From assembly GCF_000143415.4 (NCBI RefSeq), contig NW_003314264.1, forward strand, positions 662,774 to 726,773: a stretch of 64,000 nucleotides of DNA. The letters are read 5' to 3'. Positions within the stretch are counted from its first letter, which is position 1; every line of letters begins with the position of its first letter. This DNA comes from Selaginella moellendorffii. Its lineage: Eukaryota > Plantae > Lycopodiophyta. Of this stretch, positions 23,938 through 37,316 are shown in pieces. A model generated the notes under the pieces. It searched no databases. It was not told the origin of the DNA and saw only the letters and a list, made by a program, of their open reading frames with translations. The translations under genes and the position numbers were made by a program.

Positions 23938-26900
23938 TTAGACTGTTATTTTTTTCCTCCAACGCCTATACAATAATCTTGGAATTTCATCACTCTCCAC
24001 ACTATCAGGATTTAAACCCAATAGTAATGCCATCTCTTCTCTAATACGTCCACGCTCATGTTCAGTGGTCGAAGAACCCATCCGGTTGAGCAGATTATGG
24101 AGATGTGGATAGTGCTTGGCTAGACAATATACATGCCATAAATAATGACTGGTGTCTGTCCGATCAAATGGCTTTTGATATACCGTTCCATCTGCCATTT
24201 GGTTGATTTCTGCAGCCACCTCCTGGACTGGCCAGTTCTCTATCACCATCGCTCCAAGCCATTTTGCAAGGTCCCCCAAAACATACCCTAGTTTCCATAC
24301 TGCAAGAGATGGGGTGCACTGCATATGTGTGCATGTTCGCTGCAGTTTTAATTGGCGAGTCATCAATAATGAGGATTTCACTTGACCTAGCAGTCCGGTT
24401 CATCATTACAGCCTCTGGCTTGACGAAAATGGGTTTGCTACCCCTCACATGGACCATAGTCAAACAATCCTCCTGCGTTAGGAGAAAGTCAAATGGTAAT
24501 ATTACTCGCGTCTGATCGTGCATCATCTGTAGCAACGTTAATGCATTGTGGCGCATCATGGATGTCCAAACTCCCAATTGCAAATTGAACCCGGCCCTTT
24601 GTTTTAAGTGTCGCATGGTCATTATTAGATCCCGCAGTTTCTCCCATGTGATTAATGTGAATCTATCTCTTTTGACCAACTTGCGACTGCAGGCTTTGGA
24701 GGGTGCAGTGACATTCGAGGACGAGCCACGCTCATGGGAGAAAAGGACACCGTTCAGATCAAAAACAATACAGTACCTTCGCTGTCATTCTGAAATGAAA
24801 TGCGTCAGTATAAAAAATGGTACAAGTCAATTTTACCATCTACAATATTAGCGAATGGTGCTCCCGATGGTCGTTGAGAGGGTTTTAGTCGAGGAAACGT
24901 GAAGGGCGGAAATACTCTCCTCTGCAATGTGGGGTCAATCGCATCCGATGGCGTGTGGGCACATGCCATTTCAGCTGTAGACTCTGGTACAACTGGCTCA
25001 ACAGTGGCATGGGGTGGTTCCGATGGCGTGTGATCACACGCCATTTCAGCTGGTGCCTACGTTGGCAAAGTGGACATGACCGAACAGGCAGCAGGGGCGG
25101 TGTAAGGAGGTTCCAACGGCGCATAGTTAGACGATTGGGCACACGTTAAGTCCGTTGGAAATGAGGATATGACCGGCTCGGCGGCTGGGGCGGCCTCATG
25201 CGGGTCCAATGGCGCCTGATCACCGTCAGTTGGATATGTGGACAAGATTGACTCAGTGGTATGGGCAGCATCAAGTGGAGCGTGGTCAGCTTGCTTGGCG
25301 TTGATATGGATAGTAGCCTCCACCAGCTCTGATGACTCTTGCAAGCAAGTAGAGTCCACTGGCGGATCCATATGCATGTCCAAATATCTCCCTTCGATTG
25401 AGATGGTATCCTCCCTACTGGCTACTAAAAACAAACTCATTAGCACATTGAATCGATTATACTGTATTTACCATCAACTACTATTGAGGAACTAGGACCG
25501 ATATCACTTGGGCGCACTGCTGATTCTGAAGGATTGGACATACGTTTCGACCCTTGCTTGGCACTATCCTTCCTCGACACTAAAGGCTAGAGTTTGTATC
25601 TTAATTCAACTGAATAATCTCTACTTACCATTTGCTCTGCGACCTACATGGACAATGTTAGAAATGGTAAAAGGTTAGGAATGGATGTACTATTATTTAC
25701 CTGATGGTTTGTCTTGTATGACCTTCCTCCGCTGCTCTTTGGCCACCTCAGGCTGGCCATCGTCATCATCATTGTCATCGTCGTTATTGTGATCGTCACC
25801 ATTGTGAGGACCATCGAAGTCCTCTTCGTCCTCCTCTTCTTCGTCCTCCTCTTCTTTGTCCTCCTCTTCGTCCTTCTGCTCTTCCTGCTCATTATCTTTC
25901 TCTGGCTCCTCATCCCCCTCTTGCATTTCTTCCATAGGCTGCTCAGGCTGGATGGCTTGTTCTTCTAGGACCATCTTGGGAAAATCATCTGGCCGAGTCT
26001 CCATCTCAAAATACAAGACATCCATAGCCTGTTTTAGTGCGTGACCTAGGACCGTATCCTCACCCGACTGTCTTAACATGGTTTCTGCACGTTCTTGCAC
26101 CCTTCGAAGACGACGAGATGAGAAAAACGTGGCCCTGACTTGAAAAGCATCCCTCATCCATTGTACCTCTCCATTGAGATTGGGGAAGGGGAGTCCGCCA
26201 TAGGAATCTGAGTCAGGAGGTGGTGACTGGCTGCTTTCACTCAGCCCTTGATCTGCAATGAATGGCATGAGCACACACGCCATAACCGCGAGGCATTACT
26301 TATCATCTTTTTGTTGCCCTTCTTCCTTTTCGAATCAAACGCCTCTGATCCCGACGACTGTCCAACGTGCTTTCGCTTTTTATGACCATTGTCAGTTTGA
26401 GCTTGGTTGCTGCTTGCCTGTTTTGCCTTTGAAGAAGTGTCTCCTGCAAGGAATGGCATGAGACCACACGCCATTGCAAATATAATTTGTACCTCCTTTT
26501 TTCCTATTGCTTGTCTGTTTGTCCTTCTTCGATGCGCCACCAGTGCGCTTTTCAGTCCTCGTGTCTGAATATTCACAACAATCTATAATCAAAATGGCGT
26601 GAGGCCTCACGTGACCTTACCTTGTGCAGGTTGTGAGCTCGGCCCAACATGGGTATCTTCAACAGTAGCTGTTAACGCTGTTTCAGCATCTGGGGGTGGC
26701 CACGCTCCTGCATACAGAGCTTGTGAGATAACATTTAAACTTAAAGTGCGTACTCACCAGGTTCGCAGAGAAGATATTGTTTTTCTTTGGCAATTGTAAT
26801 TATATGCTCCATTGAAGTCACCTCTTCAATGGAGTTTGTCACCGCAACACACGGGACACCCTTGAGTAGTGCGGCTCGAAAGAATAGTCCGCCGCAGTTG

Positions 26901-29556
26901 TACTCGACAACGCATTTGCCCTTGGAGTCGGAAGCAGGTGACCCACCCGCTATTGCGTTGAAGACCCAGCTGAGCATTTCCCATGCTGCACCTGGAGCTT
27001 TCTTTGGATTCGAAAGCTCCATAGCCGTCTTTAGTTCCTCAGGCCTGGGTAAATTGACCTCCCTCAGATCAATTCGATCGGCCTTGTCGAACGAAGCTGG
27101 GAAGTCACTCCAGTCCCACTCTGCTGCAGGACCAATAATAAGGGCGAGTGTGAAGATGAGGACATTCGTCGATATCTTCTTCTTAGCCATTATCCCATGG
27201 ATCTCCCACATCTCCTTGCCTTTCAACCGAGCCTTCACCTCGTTCAAGGCCTTCCAGAACTTGTGATAGGATTCGGAGTCGTAGATCATATAGTGGACTG
27301 AAGATTCCACCTCCGCAAGTCCCACCATTAAGTCAATGATGGAGCTGACTTCGTCTGCATGAGTGATCTCCTCGTTTGTGAAGTCCATCACACAAAAGAT
27401 GTTCTTGACTTGCTCATCTCCACGGGAAACGATGCTCCTCCACCTTTGATCCTCATCCGAATTCACGTATACCCGGTAAGGTTCTCGATAGGCCTCTACT
27501 GTAGGGTCGAGCTGTTTCTGAAGCTGGCGGTCGACATCCCTCTTAATGAAATTTGGATACTGATCCAACTTCTTAGCTTTACTTTTCGTGGCATCCCGCA
27601 GCAGATCGATGAACTTGGGGGCCCCTTTCACGTACTCGTCGATGTCTTCATTTGACAACTCCAGCGCTTCCATCATCTCTTGCGTGGTGTCGATGCTCAC
27701 CCTCTCCACGGCCACTTGCTCGAAGATCCAATCCTTCAATAGCGCATGAGCTCTCAGAGTCGTGCACAAGTCCTCGTATGTCACAATATGGCCGGGAGTC
27801 ATTTTGGTCTTGTTGAAGACTACCTCACCACGTAGAAGAGTATTAGCCATTGTCAGAAGGTCGTCATCGAATAGAGACCGCGAGAAATGCAAGGCGTTGA
27901 GCTTGAAATCATTGGGCTTCCGGCCGTCCTCCACACCCATTGAGTTTCGCAACTCCCCGTCATAGTACCTCCTCAGCACATCTACCCATTTGTCAAAAAC
28001 AACTTTTGTCACGAGTAGAATGTTATGGATGCTGAGTGTGTCATTGACCCCCAGTGTTTTCGAGAGAAGACTTGAGAATTCCTGCAATGGAAATGGCGTG
28101 AGGCCACATGCTATGCCACATACAACGAGGCTTACCTGCCAGGCGCTAGTTGCTAGTGCACGTCCTTGTCCTGGTTTTTGTGGCTTCTTCAGTTGAACCC
28201 AGAGCTTCCGTGTTCGTGCCAATGTCTCGTGCAGACTCGATTTGTAGCACGTTTCTTGCTTGACATTCTGCGCGTGGGAGATGTATATGATAGATCGGAG
28301 GGGCGAGTTGCCTTTTATCAGGCGGACAACTCTTGTCTTGAAGACTTTCTTCACCTCCTCGCCCACCATAATATCCACAACTATCTCTTGCATCGCCAAG
28401 CTAGAATGCTGCCCGGAGACGGCATAGAACCGGATGTTTTGATCCTCCAACACCTTCCTATTGATCAAGTCTGGAAACCTCATCTCGCCCTTCATTGTTT
28501 GGTAGTAGGGGATCACGTCTGCGATGTTGGGTGTTACTGGACTTGCCAGCATCTTCTACTTCAGTTTCTCCACCCACTCATCAGATACTAACCTGTGGTT
28601 GTATTTGCTTTGGATGTCGATACGGCTCACGTCGATTGTATATACTTTGTTGGAATAGTAACAAGTACTATTATCTGCGATGATTTTTCCTGCCTCTTCT
28701 TGCTCTTTCTGCTCTTTGCGGCTCTTCTTTTAGGTGGGTGTAGTGTTCGAACCCGAGGCAATGGCATCACCGAGTAGCTTCTTTTTTGGAGCAGGAGAGT
28801 CAGACGTCGGCTTGAGCTTGACCACCCTTTTCTGCTTCGGGGTAGTTTCCAGATCGACCCCCTTCCCCTTCGCTTCGCGAACTGGAGGCACTCTCAACGG
28901 CTCAATGTTGGAATATAGTTTTTGAACATCGCCGTAGGTGAGGTCCGTGGATTCCATGTGATCTTCATAGACCCGCAGCGTCTTTGAAATTGTGGGCCTC
29001 CTGGACAACCTCTCCCTAGCTCCCTCTAGGAATTCCTCATAGCCGCTGCCCCCCTCCGGGAAGCCGCTAGGATGTGCAAGGTGGATCTTGAAGGTGGACG
29101 CTGTCTCTACCACAAGTGCCAGTCCATATTCTTGCATGGAACTGCATGGAGTGTCTGTCACGTGGATGAGGATCCCCATGCATTCTTTTCTCCCACCATC
29201 TGTGTTGTACAGCCTCAGATCCTCGCCTTCCATCCCGAAAGTCCAACTGGTGAGCTCCTCCCCCTTCTCTGCATCCACATTGACAGTGGCTTGAAGAAGA
29301 ACGCAATTCTTCGCCTGTTCAGAAATGCACAACAATTAGAGCTGACAGATGAAAAGCTAGTAGCTGGAAATAACGTGAGGCCACACGCCATTCACCACTG
29401 CATCAGATGTCTTGAGGCTGCATCCTAAGATGGCGTGAGGCTACACGCCATCTGTAACCGGACTGCACTCGAGAGCCCAATCAGTGCATGCCAATGTTGC
29501 TACTGAATGGCATGTGGCCTCATGCCATTTTCTACTTGGCCTAAAAGACTTACCAT
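23938..29556 (-). pseudogene. E2 cargo gene (ParB-like / MTase-like / histone-fold-like / FCP1-like), disrupted
   Basis: Same exon structure as E1; the 603-aa ORF 26741-28552 spans the ParB-like and MTase-like parts; retains the HAD-type motif IVFDLNGVL near 24750; stop at 28730. Confidence 0.75.
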
Positions 29557-32166
29557 TTGAAGCCGAATGGAGGCCTGACAATCAAGGCCAGACTCACTGG
29601 CGAATGTGCACTGTGTGTGCAGCGGATCGTAGCAGCAAGGCTACTCTACCACTTACAGTTGGAGAGTGGCGCTGAAATCTCCCGGGACGCCAAGTGGGCT
29701 GCGTGTGGGTGGCGGAGTGGGCGGTGGAGTTGGCGGCGAAGTTACAAACTGGGTGTGTCTTGAAGTGGATGCCGATGCAAACGAGCGCGATACGAGTGCG
29801 ATGCGAGCGCAAGTGTGATGCAAGCGCGAGTGGACGCCGATGCACACGAGAAACCTGTAGAGAAGGTAGATGAGCGCGAATGTGAGCGTGATTGCGAGTG
29901 GGAGCGCGATGCGAGGGCAAATGTGTGAGCGCGAGTACGAAGCAAAATGCAAAACCTAACCTCACACGAGCGAAATGTCACGACGGTTGGTAATCCCGCA
30001 ATGTCATCATTCCTCGGACTTGGGCACCACTACTAATTTCTGGATCGCCGCGTGCATGCATGCACGTGAAATCCAAAAGAAATCTGCAACGTCATCATTC
30101 CTCGGACTGCATGCACGCGAAATCCAAAAGAAAGATCATGATTGGGATATCATTTAATACCCTCACTATATTTATACCATGAATGATTGGATATTCCAAA
30201 GCATCTAGAAGCTACTCAATTTGAAAATTGTCAGAGGAATTATAAGATCTGGTTTGTCAGAGGATTTGATGTGACATTCAAGCGTGTGGGCTCATGCAAT
30301 TTTGATCCCAAAAAATGCACCAAAAAATGCTCGGCGTCATCTGGCGTTATCTCTTGAATGGCATGGGGCCGCATGCCATTTTTAGGGGTACATAGGAGTA
30401 TATTCCTAGAATATTCGTATATGCGCGAGATTTTTTTGAGTTTTCTGGAGATCCAACCGTTAGATCGTAACTAGATTTTACAGAATGGTATACAATGTCT
30501 TTCTTGATGACCCTGCAAAGAAGCATCTCAATCGGACAAGACATGAGACCACACGAGCCTTACAATATTTCAGGGGCATTTGCCATAGATCCGACCGTTA
30601 TTTTGCTCCAAGATTTTACACTTTGGTGTGCATTGACCTTTCCATCGACACTGCAAAGGGACATCACAATCAGATGCGGGATCACAAAAAACTAACTTCA
30701 CTAACTCTGGTTTCACCAAGATCTACGTAAGGAGTTATGAAATGAAAGGACCCTCTCTATTGAAATGTGTTTATGGTTCTAGAGGCATTGTGACATATCA
30801 AAGGATTTTGCATCAAGTTCTGTATTTGCATGTTTATCAAGCTACTGAATTGCTAAACCCTAAACCCTAAACATGTGGCAAATGCTGCGTGAAGAAAGAT
30901 GCCCTTTCTGGGCAAATGCTGTAAGAGGCAGATGCCGAGCAGATGTATCTCAGGTTAGCGAAGGGGACAAACGAAAGCTAGCTATAAACATGATGGGATG
31001 CAAATAGATTACTAGGCTGGTCCTGCGATAATCAAAAACCATAATTGAAAACATTGAAAATGCAAAAAGAAAGGTTTATAATATTTTTGAATTTTAAACA
31101 ACCAAAGGAATGTAAGTAGGGCATGTGTTTGTAAGTTTAAAAATGCCTCAACCACTTAAATTCCCAAGTAAATAAAGCTGTTTCTATTTTTGGTACAGGT
31201 AAACTTTATAGCGTGTGGGCTCATGCAATTTTGAACCCAAAAATGCACCAAAAAATGCTCGACTAGCATTATTTTTTGAATGGCATGTGGCCTTATATTG
31301 CCATAAATGGACGTACACACACAGCATAATTATTCCTTTACACGGCGAATAATCTTGGCGCGGATCGCTAACACAGCATGGCAAAGTTCGAATCACTGAC
31401 ATGGCACAGCTGGATCGAGGCAAGGACATGATGTGACAAAGTTCAACCTCCGACAGCAAAGTCTAGAAGCTACTCAGTTTGAAATTTGTCAGAGGAATCA
31501 TAAGATCTGGTTTGTCAGAGGATTTGATGTGACGTTCAAGCGTGTGTTATTTTTGAATTCTCGAACTCATTCCTAAGTCTATCATTTTTGTGCGCCGTGT
31601 TCTTGGTTCCGCTGAGCGCAGTGAGCACTGCTTGTGTAAGCGGCGTTGTGAGCTGTGGTTTATGCGTCTATAAGCGGTTGCGGCATTGTGAGCGCCATTG
31701 CGAGCGGCAGTTTATGCGAGTGGCAGTTTGTGCGAGCGGCGCTACGAGCAGTTGCGGTGTTGCGAGCGGCGCTACGAGTAGTTGTGGTGTTGCAAGCGGC
31801 ACTGTCTTTGGTGTGGCTACCGCTTCCTCTTGATATTCGGCAATTGTGCTTCCTGGTATGTTCACCATGGAATGGCTTAGGACCACATTTAGAAATGGCA
31901 TGAGGCCACATGCCATCTTGGGCCCTTGCAATTTCATGGCTAGCGTATTGTCATGTATTTTTTTACTCGCCTGCAGTTGTGTGTATATCAAGATGGCATG
32001 AGGCCTCATGCCAATTTTGTGAATGCGAAATTTCACGTGGGTGTCAATAGCATGTTTGAATAATGGCATGTGGCCTCATGCTATTGAGGTTGTTTGGTAT
32101 GTTATGATTTAGGCCATTCTCCAATCATTTTTTGTATGGTCTTAACTTCTTTTCTGCACTTTCAGA

Positions 32167-35100
32167 ATGGCCTTCAGGGTTGGAGAAAAGGTTTACATTT
32201 TGAATGGTGGGAAGAGAGTTGCAAAAGGGACCCTTGTGTCTATGGATCGGAACTTTGTTATACACTGTCAAAGGCTTGGGGAAGGCAATACTGCTGTATT
32301 AGTAGAGACTGTCTTTGATGGGAATGTGGTCGCTATTAAACGAGGAGAGATGGTCATCGGGGTAAATGTTGTTGTTGCCTTGAAAAATCTTCAGAAGAAA
32401 GCAGATGTTGGGGACAGCGCAAGTGCGACGCATGTGCCCTCCGTGGATCTTAAGAACCGTGCTACATGGATTCAGGCAAAGGTGTTTCTAAACAACCCTG
32501 AGGGGGAGGTGGTAGCTGAGGGCTTAGCCACAGTTGTCGATCCAAGAGATGCGGTTGCTAATCAAGAATTGGGCTGGGATGATATTGGAGTTGCGATTTT
32601 AGAGGTTGTTGACACAGAAGAAAACAGTCTGACTATTGGAAGCATTGTGCGGTGGAAATTGAGGCACTTAGTGTTTGAGAATGTGAAGGATTCACAATCA
32701 AACACCACTACAACTGATGACAGAACATCTCTTCATGGGAAAAGAAAGTACACCTTCCTAAAGCGCAGCCAAAGGGATCTGAGCAACAAACTGAAAAGGC
32801 AGAAAATGGCGATGGAGGTTCGAATTGTCTCGACAGTTGCTTGTTGCAAGAGGAGGTGCTGTCAACATGCTGATTGGGATGCTATTGAAGAGGAGAGAGC
32901 AAGATACAAGACATTGTCCTGGAAGGCAGCTCGCAATTTTGTGTATGAGGCATTACGGTCATCTGTTGATGCTTCAGAACATCAAGTGGGGAGCATGGTC
33001 TTCCAGAGGGGTTTGGTCTGCATGAAGGCATGGAGAATCATTTATGGAGTCCCTCGAACCACATTCTACAGAATCAAAACTGAGTTCAAGGAACAAAGGG
33101 TTCAACAGGCAGTCCATGGGAACGACGGTACGCACAAAACCAGAGGTCATGTTGTATATGGAGAGGCAATCTTCAAGAGGTTTGTCGAGACATGTAGCGA
33201 GCAGCAACCACATAAAACCCGCCTCTTGGAAGATGGAACACGAGACACCCAACGAGTTCTCCCTTCCATGTATACCAAGGGGGCCATATTGGAAGATGTG
33301 AATTGGGAACTCCAGAGTAATGGCTACAAGAAGCTGAGCCAATCTAGATTTAGTAGATTGTGGAGCAACAAGTTCAGGGATGTGAGTATAGGAAAGTACT
33401 CCAGCTTTTCAAAGTGTGACGAGTGCACTGCTATCAAAATGGCTTTGTCGAAGAATTCTTGCAGCGCTCAAGAGCGAGAGACGTTGGTTAGAAGGCGGCT
33501 TGACCACAACATCGAGCAGAGAAGCTGCAAGACTGCATATTATCATAACAGGATTCTCTCCATGGAGAGACCTGACTCTTACATCTGCATCATCCACGAC
33601 AAAATGGACCAGAAAAAGACGTGCTTACCTCGACTCAATCCTGTCCCCAAGGCAATCTCTTCATCCATGCAGCTGCTTGTTTCTCTGTTTGGCATAATCG
33701 CTCATGGGCATGGTGCCCAGAACTATGGGAACTTCTTTGTACCTCTATGGGGTGGCGGGGGTGCAAACATGATGATTGCGTCCCTAGCAAAACACTTAAG
33801 GTCTCTGCAAAGTGCGCAGACTGAGCTGAACGGCCAACCCTTGCATAAGGCCCTTGTCGATCGAACCCCATACAAGGTTTAGCTGGAGGAGGAGCAAAGG
33901 CTTGCAGTATCGCGTGGGGCCCCATGCCATCCCAGTGAATATGTTGGCCGTCAGATTGTAGGGTTATCACGTGAGGCCTCATGCCATTCCGATGAGGTTG
34001 ATCGCCCGGTGAATGCGCAGCCTCATCCAAACGAAGCAGAATCTCAAGGAAGTTCTTGGGCCGATGTGGCCTTCCACCCCATCTTCTGCTCCAAACAGAC
34101 AATACTGGCAGTGAGAACAAAAACATGTACGTCTTCGCATACTTGGCGATGCTTGTTGCCAAAGGCATATTTGAAACGGTTACACTTGGCTTTCTCATGG
34201 TTGGGCACACTCATGAAGACATCGATGCCATGTTTAGTCACCTGGCAGAGTCCCTCCGGCGATCCAATGTCCTCACCCTCCCACAACTCTACGATGAATT
34301 CCAAAATTGCATCAAAGGCACTGTTGAAGCTGCACTTGTGACAGAGGTTCCAGACTTTAAGGGGTTTGTAAGAGGCTACATCAGGGACGGATCCGAAACG
34401 CTGATTGGCCACTCCAAGCCTCTTCAGTTTCATTTCAGCATGCGTGACGGTGCTCCAGTGATGAGGTACAAGATGAGAGAATGGGACACAGTGTGGCTGC
34501 CAGTGGACGGCATTGAACTCTTCAAGAGAGATCCCATAACTGGGGAATCTATGATTCCTCAGGGTTCCCCACGGCCGATACACCCGGATGGACTCAAAGA
34601 CCAGGAAAGTATAGTGGCCGGGATTAGACAGCATATTGCCTTCTGGAAGAGGGGGTTGGTGTTTGGTGGAGAATCCTATTTTCAGAGGTGCAAGCCTTTG
34701 CTCGAATACTGGGAGAAGATTATATCTGCTATCCAAAATGGGCCGGTTGTATATGAAGAATTGGAAGAGTCCTTTTGGCCAGAACCCAGAGCACCAGATA
34801 GTAGCAGAACAATGTCCTCTAGAAATGCAGTGACAGATAACGATGTTGAGGATCACTATTGTGGGCCGAGGAACAAGAAGCCGGATTCAGCATTCAATCC
34901 AGTACAGGTCTGCAAAGGAATGGTCGTGCTTGTCAGACCCAGTAATAAAAAACAAATGATATGGGTGGGGGGCTACATCACTAATGCAGAGGAGGACGCG
35001 GAAACTAACTCCTTCAATGTAACTGTGGAGTGGTTCAAGCCAAGTTTCGGATATACGAAGGATTGCCTAGAAAAGAGATGGGTGCTGAATCCAAGGGATC

Positions 35101-35234
35101 CCAGCATGAGCATATCGGTGGATAATGTTGTGCATGGTTGGATGCGGAAGTAGAGTGCCACCATCACCTTGCCAGACCATGCAAGAGATGCAGCAAGAGC
35201 ATTCATAACCCGGGTTCAAGGTGAGATTCATTAA
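32167..35234 (+). pseudogene. E2 Sola-type transposase (consensus ~1020 aa), disrupted
   Basis: 571-aa ORF plus 365-aa ORF; TAG at 33880, 1-bp deletion near 34058 and TAG at 35151; catalytic motifs HDKMDQ, LQTDNTGSENKN, GHTHEDIDAMFS. Confidence 0.88.
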
Positions 35235-35932
35235 TATTCCTTTACTAAGTTTCTAATGTATTTTATTTCAAGGTGAACAATCCGAATCTGAATCAGAGGA
35301 GGCGTGATGGCTTGTGGCCTTACGCCATTCCTAGGTGAGATGATACAAATAACAAGTATAAATTCTTAGTTGTTCTAGCAAATCTTACTTAAAGTTCAAG
35401 GTGAACAAGCCGAATATGAATTCATTGGATTGTTATAACAAATTGCGAGGTGATGGCATGAGGCGATACGCCATTTGAGAGTGGTAGCCATTCCTATATG
35501 AGGTGAGTGAAATATTTATTAGAAATACCTCATTCAATTGTGCACTTCTAAGTCTTGGTCCACTCAGTACTGTTTGTATGTTTCTATTTTAATTCTTTCT
35601 CTAAAATGTTATTTAGCATGTGGCTTTATGCCATTGCTCTCCACAATCATGCATTGAATTTTTCTATCCTTGCATAATACTTCTCCATATATATAGCATG
35701 TGCGCACATGTGATATGGTTCATTAGGCCTGATATAGTGTGTGAGGTAAAACAAAGATGATGTGACATATGCATTTACCAATCACACGTGTATAAATCTA
35801 ATAATATGGCGTGTGGCTCATATTAATGGCACATAAACCCATATTGTGGGCTTACGTGCTTTATGTACCATCATTCCCTTGCAGCGTGTGTGTTGGTTTC
35901 CTTTTATAACACAATGAACTCCATATTTTAGG

Positions 35933-36205
35933 GTGAAGAGCGTTCTCATGGCAAGCACAAAATCTGTAAGTGAGGCAGAAAAGGAGACGGAGAAGGAGAT
36001 AGGTGAAGATGTAGAATATATAAGTCTTCCAAACTCCCCGTACTATACTCCAGGTGATCATTTTTCTGAACAAACGGCAACATTAACAACTATCGAGAAC
36101 GCCCCAGTAACGTCAGAGACAACAATCCAAAGCAAAACAACTGACCCGGAGAAGGATGATAGTACCGCTGAGAGTACCAAAAAGGAGGTGTCCACTAGCG
36201 CTTAG
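35933..36205 (+). CDS. Small acidic, S/T-rich ORF (E2 copy)
   Basis: Nearly identical to 9000-9272. Confidence 0.35.
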   Translation: MKSVLMASTKSVSEAEKETEKEIGEDVEYISLPNSPYYTPGDHFSEQTATLTTIENAPVTSETTIQSKTTDPEKDDSTAESTKKEVSTSA

Positions 36206-37316
36206 GCTTATAATGGCGTGTGCCCTCATGCCATTTACTTGATCACCAAATACCTTTTTCCCTTTGCACTAGTATATCTTAATACCGGTCTGAGAAATAG
36301 AATGGCATGTGCCCTCAGGCCTTTTACTAAATCACCTTTGAAAGAAATGCAAGCCTCTATGTCATAAAAAAAAGGTACTAGAGAAATTCCTTAATAATAT
36401 GAATGTTATTTAGTTTCATGAAAATACACTAAGGGTCAAATGAGTTAAATGACTTCTCCAGACTAGCAATGCCTCTTGCTACACCTTCACAATTAGATTC
36501 GTTAGAAAAAGATAACATTGAATAATATCTAAATGTTCTCACCATTAAGTTATATGTCTGGCTAATAGGAATGACGTTCATCTTGGAAAGCTCACCACAC
36601 GCTCAATGAACAAACAAATAGTGTGTGCGTGCATGCCATCGCTCTTCTTTAGCTTCAGATTCAGCTTGTTCACCTTGACAATGAGATTTATTATACAACT
36701 AGATGGACTCAGTCTAGACACAAAGTCACCGCACTAATCACCATGCCCCATATATGTCTAGCCCCTGGACAAAAAACATATAATTTCATGTCATTTTCAA
36801 ATACTTGAAAATTTGTACCTAGTCCCATTTTACTGAATAAATCCCACTTTAACGAAATAGAGCTTTTCCTCTTTAAGCTCTATTTCGTTAAAGTGGGAAT
36901 TGTCATTATCCCACTTGTAAAATAAGGTTTCCAAACCTTTATATAGTATATAAATATAACAAAATTCAACTGCATTGAGGCACATGCCATTTTATTTTAA
37001 ACAAGGAAATGTCTACTCAATCACTTCTCCTCCCCCTGCCACTGCTTCACCTCTCTCTTCTCCTTGTCATCGTCATCCAATTTCTTTCCATCCTTTTAAT
37101 ATTGGCTCAGTTGCTCCGAGTCTAGGTGGAGCCCAAGTCCCCATTCAATCTTTACTTTCCCATTATTAATAAAACAACTTCGTAGACTTCCAATAACATG
37201 CTGTAACACTTCTAGTATAATGCAAATCCTCTCAAAGAATTGTCTTTTAATATTAATACAATGGCATGGAACCCCATGCCATAATAAGTTACATTTTTAA
37301 ATAAATATATGCCATC

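Larger units (their letters stand above)
23497..36865. mobile_element. E2: 13.4-kb copy of the Sola-like transposon (transposase on + strand)
   Basis: TIRs at 23497-23520 and 36842-36865; longest copy; flanks TTGT and TTCC do not form a TSD. Confidence 0.92.

Noticed and set aside
33880-33882. Programmed stop read-through at the TAG shared by E1 and E2
   Set aside because: E3 has CAG here; a C-to-T mutation inherited or converted between copies is simpler.
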